Source: an uncultured Chthoniobacterales bacterium (lineage in GTDB: Bacteria > Verrucomicrobiota > Verrucomicrobiia > Chthoniobacterales > SZAS-18). Taken from it: DNA of 56,022 nucleotides. The position numbers and the translations under genes are program-made. The stretch covers positions 1-56,022 of the forward strand of contig CAXUIU010000001.1 of assembly GCA_964250955.1 (NCBI GenBank), in the 5' to 3' direction. The notes under the pieces were generated by a model that saw only the letters and a list, made by a program, of their open reading frames with translations, did not search any database and had not been told where the DNA came from. Each line of letters opens with the position of its first letter. Position 1 is the first letter of the stretch. Below are positions 55,192 through 56,022 of the stretch, piece by piece.

Positions 55192-55758
55192 ATGTCCCGC
55201 CTCCCAACAATCTTGGCATGGTGTCGCCTCGCTGCTGCGGCTGCCTTTCTGCCGCTGGTGTTCTGGCGCGCTCCTGCGTGGTCACCCGTTGCGCTCCTCT
55301 TCGCTGGGCTGCTCAGCGACGTAGCTGATGGCATCCTGGCGCGTCGCTTGCACGTGGCTACCCTGGCGCTGCGTCGTCTCGACACGCGCGCAGACATGCT
55401 CTTCTACGGCAGCGCGGTGGTTGCCGCTCTGGTCTGGGCATCCTTTCCACTGGCTCGTTTGTGGCCGTGGTTGGCTGCTTACGGGTTGCTCTTCGCGGTG
55501 CGCAATCTCGTCGATTACTTGCGCTACCGTGCTTCGCCTGCTTATCACATGTGGTCGGGCAAGCTCTGGTCGGTCGTACTCTTTGTGCATCTCATGACGC
55601 TTTTCTATGGCGTCCAGGCTTTCTTTCTGCTGCCGCTGGCCTTCGCGTGCTACGCCGTCAATGCGGCGGAAGGCATTGTTGCCAGCTTGGTGTTGCCGCA
55701 GCCCTGCACAGATGTTCCCACCGTTTGGCACGCCTTCAGCCACCCGCTCAGCACCTAG
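55192..55758 (+). CDS. CDP-alcohol phosphatidyltransferase-family membrane protein
   Basis: SDVADGILARR...RRLDTRAD motif; multi-TM. Confidence 0.82.
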   Translation: MSRLPTILAWCRLAAAAAFLPLVFWRAPAWSPVALLFAGLLSDVADGILARRLHVATLALRRLDTRADMLFYGSAVVAALVWASFPLARLWPWLAAYGLLFAVRNLVDYLRYRASPAYHMWSGKLWSVVLFVHLMTLFYGVQAFFLLPLAFACYAVNAAEGIVASLVLPQPCTDVPTVWHAFSHPLST

Positions 55759-55760
55759 CG

Positions 55761-56022
55761 ATGGATTCCGCTTCCCATCTCCCCGGCTCGGACGGCGAAC
55801 ACGCCCTCCAGCGCCAGCACGGCACCGAGCGCCGTGCGCAGGCGTTTTACAACCATCAAGTGCTCGACCATCTCAACGACCGGATGCGCACCTTCGTCGC
55901 GGCGCAGGAGTTGATGTTCGTCTCCACGGCCGACGCCGCCGGCAACTGCGACTGTTCGATCCGCGCCGGCCCCCCGGGCTTCGTCCGCGTCGTGGACGAG
56001 CGTACCCTGGCCTACCCCGAGT
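55761..56022 (+). CDS. Pyridoxamine 5'-phosphate oxidase-like FMN-binding protein, truncated by the window edge
   Basis: Manual translation: MDSASHLPGSDGEHALQRQHGTERRAQAFYNHQVLDHLNDRMRTFVAAQELMFVSTADAAGNCDCSIRAGPPGFVRVVDERTLAYPE...; no stop in the window. Confidence 0.85.
   Translation, partial: MDSASHLPGSDGEHALQRQHGTERRAQAFYNHQVLDHLNDRMRTFVAAQELMFVSTADAAGNCDCSIRAGPPGFVRVVDERTLAYPE

Overview
High-GC bacterial chromosomal segment, about two-thirds G+C by eye. Gene order and protein styles suggest a diderm Verrucomicrobiota (Chthoniobacterales-like) organism; this is inference, not verified. Most genes are housekeeping: IscA/ErpA-type Fe-S carrier, mutL, prs-rplY-pth-rpsF-ssb, queG, aroK, a cold-shock protein, Sua5/TsaC, murJ, a glutamate dehydrogenase, panC-nadB, the RNase P RNA gene (rnpB, minus strand, absent from the ORF track), acnA, nuoD-N of complex I, a type II NADH dehydrogenase and an HDAC-family deacetylase. 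Main points of interest: (1) a translationally coupled, Firmicutes-style D-alanylation cassette dltC-dltX-dltA-dltB, including a 56-aa DltX missed by the ORF track, with no dltD in the window and a deleted oxidoreductase pseudogene just upstream; (2) a perfect Rex/CRP-type palindrome TTGTGAAATATTTCACAA between divergent nuoD and ndh; (3) a PurE-fold protein lacking the catalytic loops, coupled to Sua5; (4) a lipoprotein gene inside the nuo operon; (5) a 52-aa Lys-rich 'CWPGY' protein; (6) pyrimidine-rich, anti-SD-like sequence before many start codons. No tRNA, rRNA, CRISPR array, transposase or integrase was recognised. All calls come from reading motifs by eye; no searches were run.
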